In this document: positions 24,619-26,561 of the stretch, piece after piece | Position numbering within the stretch: the first letter of the stretch is position 1 | Layout: each line of letters starts with the position of its first letter | NCBI GenBank assembly: GCA_028864975.1 | Contig: JAGWLG010000042.1 | Coordinates: 1 to 26,561, forward strand | Length of the DNA: 26,561 bases | Direction of reading: 5' to 3' | Origin: Thermoplasmata archaeon | Lineage (GTDB): Archaea > Thermoplasmatota > Thermoplasmata > Lutacidiplasmatales > UBA184 | Translations under genes and position numbers: made by a program | The notes under the pieces: generated by a model | The model's database searches: none | Seen by the model: the letters and a program-made list of their open reading frames with translations, nothing else | Told to the model about the DNA's origin: nothing

Positions 24619-24780
24619 GCTTCGATGTCCTACGACGTTCCGGCTTCTTGAACGATTGCCCGCGCGGATCAGCGTTTGGAGCACCACGGCGGGGTATGTT
24701 CGCGGAGGCTCTGACCCACTTTTTCGGGCAAGAATTGGCCCGCCCTCTTTCTACGGGTGTCCCCGCCTCTGTCCGGCCTT

Positions 24781-24801
24781 CGAGGGGGAACGCCCCCCTC
24801 G
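24781..24801 (-). terminator. Hairpin CGAGGGGG-N5-CCCCCTCG, probable former terminator of the ABC ATPase gene
   Basis: Perfect 8-bp stem. With the IS removed it lies about 10 nt downstream of that gene's stop codon. Confidence 0.5.
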
Positions 24802-24864
24802 GGACTCGGTCTAAACAGAGCGTCATAAATAATTGCGAGTACATGGGTGGGGTGAGGCCCCACC

Positions 24865-25371
24865 ATGAGACCGCTCACCGTACCTGATGCCGAGAACGTG
24901 ATCCTCGCCCTCCAAGATGAGATCCGCCGCTCCGACGAGTCCCGCTACGACCACCGCCTCCACGGCCTTCTCCTTGTGGCCCAGGGAATGACCGCCCCCG
25001 AGGTGAGTCGAATGCTCGGCGACTCCCCGCGGATGGTCCAGTACTGGGTCCACCGCTTCGAGGAGGAGGGGCTCTCCGGCCTCGCGGAGGGCGACCGTCC
25101 TGGTCGCCCACGTCGCCTGACCGGACTCCAGATGAAAGCCGTGGAGTCCGCGCTCCGGAAGACTCCGGAGGACGCTGGGCTCACCGGTCATCTCTGGGAC
25201 GGGAAGACCCTCTCCGCCTTCCTCGAACAGAAGTTCGAGGTCGATCTCGGGGTGCGCCAGTGCCAGCGCCTCTTCCGTCAGCTCGGGTTCCGTCTACGGA
25301 AGCCTCGTCCCGAGCTTCACCACACTGACCCCATCGTTCAGGCGGCCCACAAAAAAAACTCCAAGCGCTGA
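24865..25371 (+). CDS. IS630 transposase, N-terminal HTH part (orfA)
   Basis: RLHGLLLVAQGMTAPEVSRMLGDSPRMVQYWVHRFEEEGLSGLAEGDRPGRPRRL and WDGKTLSAFLEQKFEVDLGVRQCQRLFRQLGFRLRKPR, ending AAHKKNSKR. Confidence 0.92.
   Translation: MRPLTVPDAENVILALQDEIRRSDESRYDHRLHGLLLVAQGMTAPEVSRMLGDSPRMVQYWVHRFEEEGLSGLAEGDRPGRPRRLTGLQMKAVESALRKTPEDAGLTGHLWDGKTLSAFLEQKFEVDLGVRQCQRLFRQLGFRLRKPRPELHHTDPIVQAAHKKNSKR
25351..25359 (+). other. Programmed -1 ribosomal frameshift/slippage site AAAAAAAAC
   Basis: A AAA AAC in the orfA frame. orfB is in the -1 frame, giving a full transposase of about 348 aa. Confidence 0.8.
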
Positions 25372-25910
25372 ACCGGGATCCGGCGGTGGACCTCTGGGCC
25401 ATGGACGAGGTCCACTTCCAACAGCACGGTTCCCGGTGCCGCATGTGGGTCCCGCCCGAAGTCCGGGACCCCGTACTCTACCATGCCTGGACCCACAAGT
25501 CCGTGGGCTACTGGGGAGCAGTACGATTGCGCGACGGGAAGATGATCTACCGTCGGGAGGAGGGGATGTTCAACAAGGAGACCTGCACGGAGTTCCTTCA
25601 CCAGTTCCACCGCGAGAGCACCCGAGGCCCTAGAAAGGTCGTGGTAATCAGCGACAACGCGGGGTACCACCACTCCCGCCTCCACAAGGACTGGAGGTCT
25701 GAGGTGGCGGGCGAGTTCGAGCTCTCGTTCCTCCCCGCCGCAAGTCCCCAACTCAACCCCATCGAGAGGGTGTGGAAGCTCACCCGGCGACTCTGCGTCC
25801 ACAATCGATACTTCCCCAAGCTCGAAGATGTGCCCAAGGCGGTCGAGCCGATCTTCGAGGATTGGAGGCGAGGCAACCAGACCCTGCGAAGGCTATGCGC
25901 AATTACTTAG
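25353..25910 (+). CDS. IS630 transposase, DDE catalytic part (orfB), joined to orfA by -1 frameshift
   Basis: The -1 frame is open from the A8 run: KKLQALNRDPAVDLWAMDEVHF...VISDNAGYH...LNPIERVW (D, D, E). The stop lies inside the right TIR. Confidence 0.9.
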   Translation, partial: KKLQALNRDPAVDLWAMDEVHFQQHGSRCRMWVPPEVRDPVLYHAWTHKSVGYWGAVRLRDGKMIYRREEGMFNKETCTEFLHQFHRESTRGPRKVVVISDNAGYHHSRLHKDWRSEVAGEFELSFLPAASPQLNPIERVWKLTRRLCVHNRYFPKLEDVPKAVEPIFEDWRRGNQTLRRLCAIT

Positions 25911-25920
25911 GACGCGCTGT

Positions 25921-26561
25921 TTAGTGGGTCAGACCCTCTCCCTCCTGCGCCGGCGCCCTCGCCTCGGAAAGCGCTCCCACGAGCTCGCGGACACCCCTCA
26001 CCTCTCGCGCTCCCGCCCGCAGAAGCCGCGCGCGCACCTCGGACGCACGGCCCCCCGTGTAGTCCCAGGGGGGCTCCCCCTGCTGAGCCAGGAGGAGTAC
26101 CCGACCGGCATCCCCCTTCCGCTCGACCTCCTCGAGGTTGGCCAGGTTGGTGGGACCCACCGGGAAGGCGGCGACCACGACGAAGTCTGCGGTTGAGAGA
26201 AGCGACCCCAACTTCACCAGGGTCTCCGGGGAAAGGGGCGCGAAGGGAACCTCGAGCACGCGCGGGAGGCCGAGCTCCTCAGCGAGCTCGCTGTCGGAAT
26301 CGAAGAGTGGAAGCGCCCCGACCGTGAGATCGTATCCGGCGTCGAACAGCCTCCGGAGGATCTCCTGGCCAGACCCGCCTCCGGCCACGACGTGGACCCG
26401 CCGACCGCGGGCGCCCTTCTCCGGTGTTGGCCCCTCGAGGGGCGGAAGTCGGGGGATGAGGTAGGGGACCCGTTCGCGAGTTCCCCGCCGAAGCTCGGCC
26501 TCCACCCCCCAGACCTGCCGGAGGAGGCTCGTGGAGAGCACCGCGTCGGGGACCCCATCAG
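25921..26561 (-). CDS. ABC transporter ATP-binding protein (cobalamin/iron-siderophore/heme type), C-terminal part; 5' end outside window
   Basis: The frame is open to the window edge. DGVPDAVLSTSLLRQVWGVEAE matches the FepC/BtuD-type C-terminus. It is followed by the archaeal extension RVHVVAGGGSGQEILRRLFDAGYDLTVGALPLFDSDSELAEELG...VPFAPLS. Confidence 0.78.
   Translation of the reverse strand, partial: DGVPDAVLSTSLLRQVWGVEAELRRGTRERVPYLIPRLPPLEGPTPEKGARGRRVHVVAGGGSGQEILRRLFDAGYDLTVGALPLFDSDSELAEELGLPRVLEVPFAPLSPETLVKLGSLLSTADFVVVAAFPVGPTNLANLEEVERKGDAGRVLLLAQQGEPPWDYTGGRASEVRARLLRAGAREVRGVRELVGALSEARAPAQEGEGLTH

Larger units (their letters stand above)
24814..25921 (+). mobile_element. IS630-family insertion sequence, complete (1108 bp), TA duplicated within a CTAG target
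   Basis: 24-bp TIRs: AACAGAGCGTCATAAATAATTGCG (24814-24837) against the reverse complement of 25898-25921, matching at 21 of 24 positions. TA at 24812-24813 and 25922-25923. The empty site reconstructs to GGTC-TA-GTGG. Confidence 0.93.

Overview
High-GC archaeal DNA, most likely from a Thermoplasmata-type genome. This is inferred from the integrase type, an RPA-like OB protein, a COG1497 regulator, a tRNA without encoded CCA, and TATA boxes about 25 nt ahead of apparently leaderless starts; no database search was run. Four blocks are visible. (1) 1-7062 is the right end of an integrative, probably conjugative, element inserted at the 3' end of a tRNA-Lys(CTT). It holds a coupled operon (VirB4-like ATPase C-terminus, OB-fold SSB, duplicated-domain protein, a 1145-aa VirD4/HerA-like ATPase fused to winged-helix and PD-(D/E)xK-like domains, a small ORF) facing a tyrosine integrase. 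(2) 7136-14170 looks like core genome: an unannotated 13-aa Cys-rich micro-ORF (MCDTCGCKSKKKP), an HxlR regulator, a Rieske ferredoxin, a fused EtfB-EtfA, a fused PabB/TrpE-GATase, a PabC-like aminotransferase and a COG1497 regulator. (3) 14278-24618 is a cell-surface cluster: a SAM methyltransferase, a YVTN-propeller/PKD protein, a 1719-aa single-pass protein (2 propellers, 7 FN3, TM, 2 cytoplasmic winged-helix domains) and a shorter convergent paralogue. (4) A complete IS630 with a -1 frameshift sits exactly in the stop codon of an ABC-transporter ATPase gene. The strongest candidates for something new are the receptor-like membrane protein with intracellular DNA-binding domains, the coupling-ATPase/nuclease fusion in the tRNA-integrated element, and the CxxCGC micropeptide.
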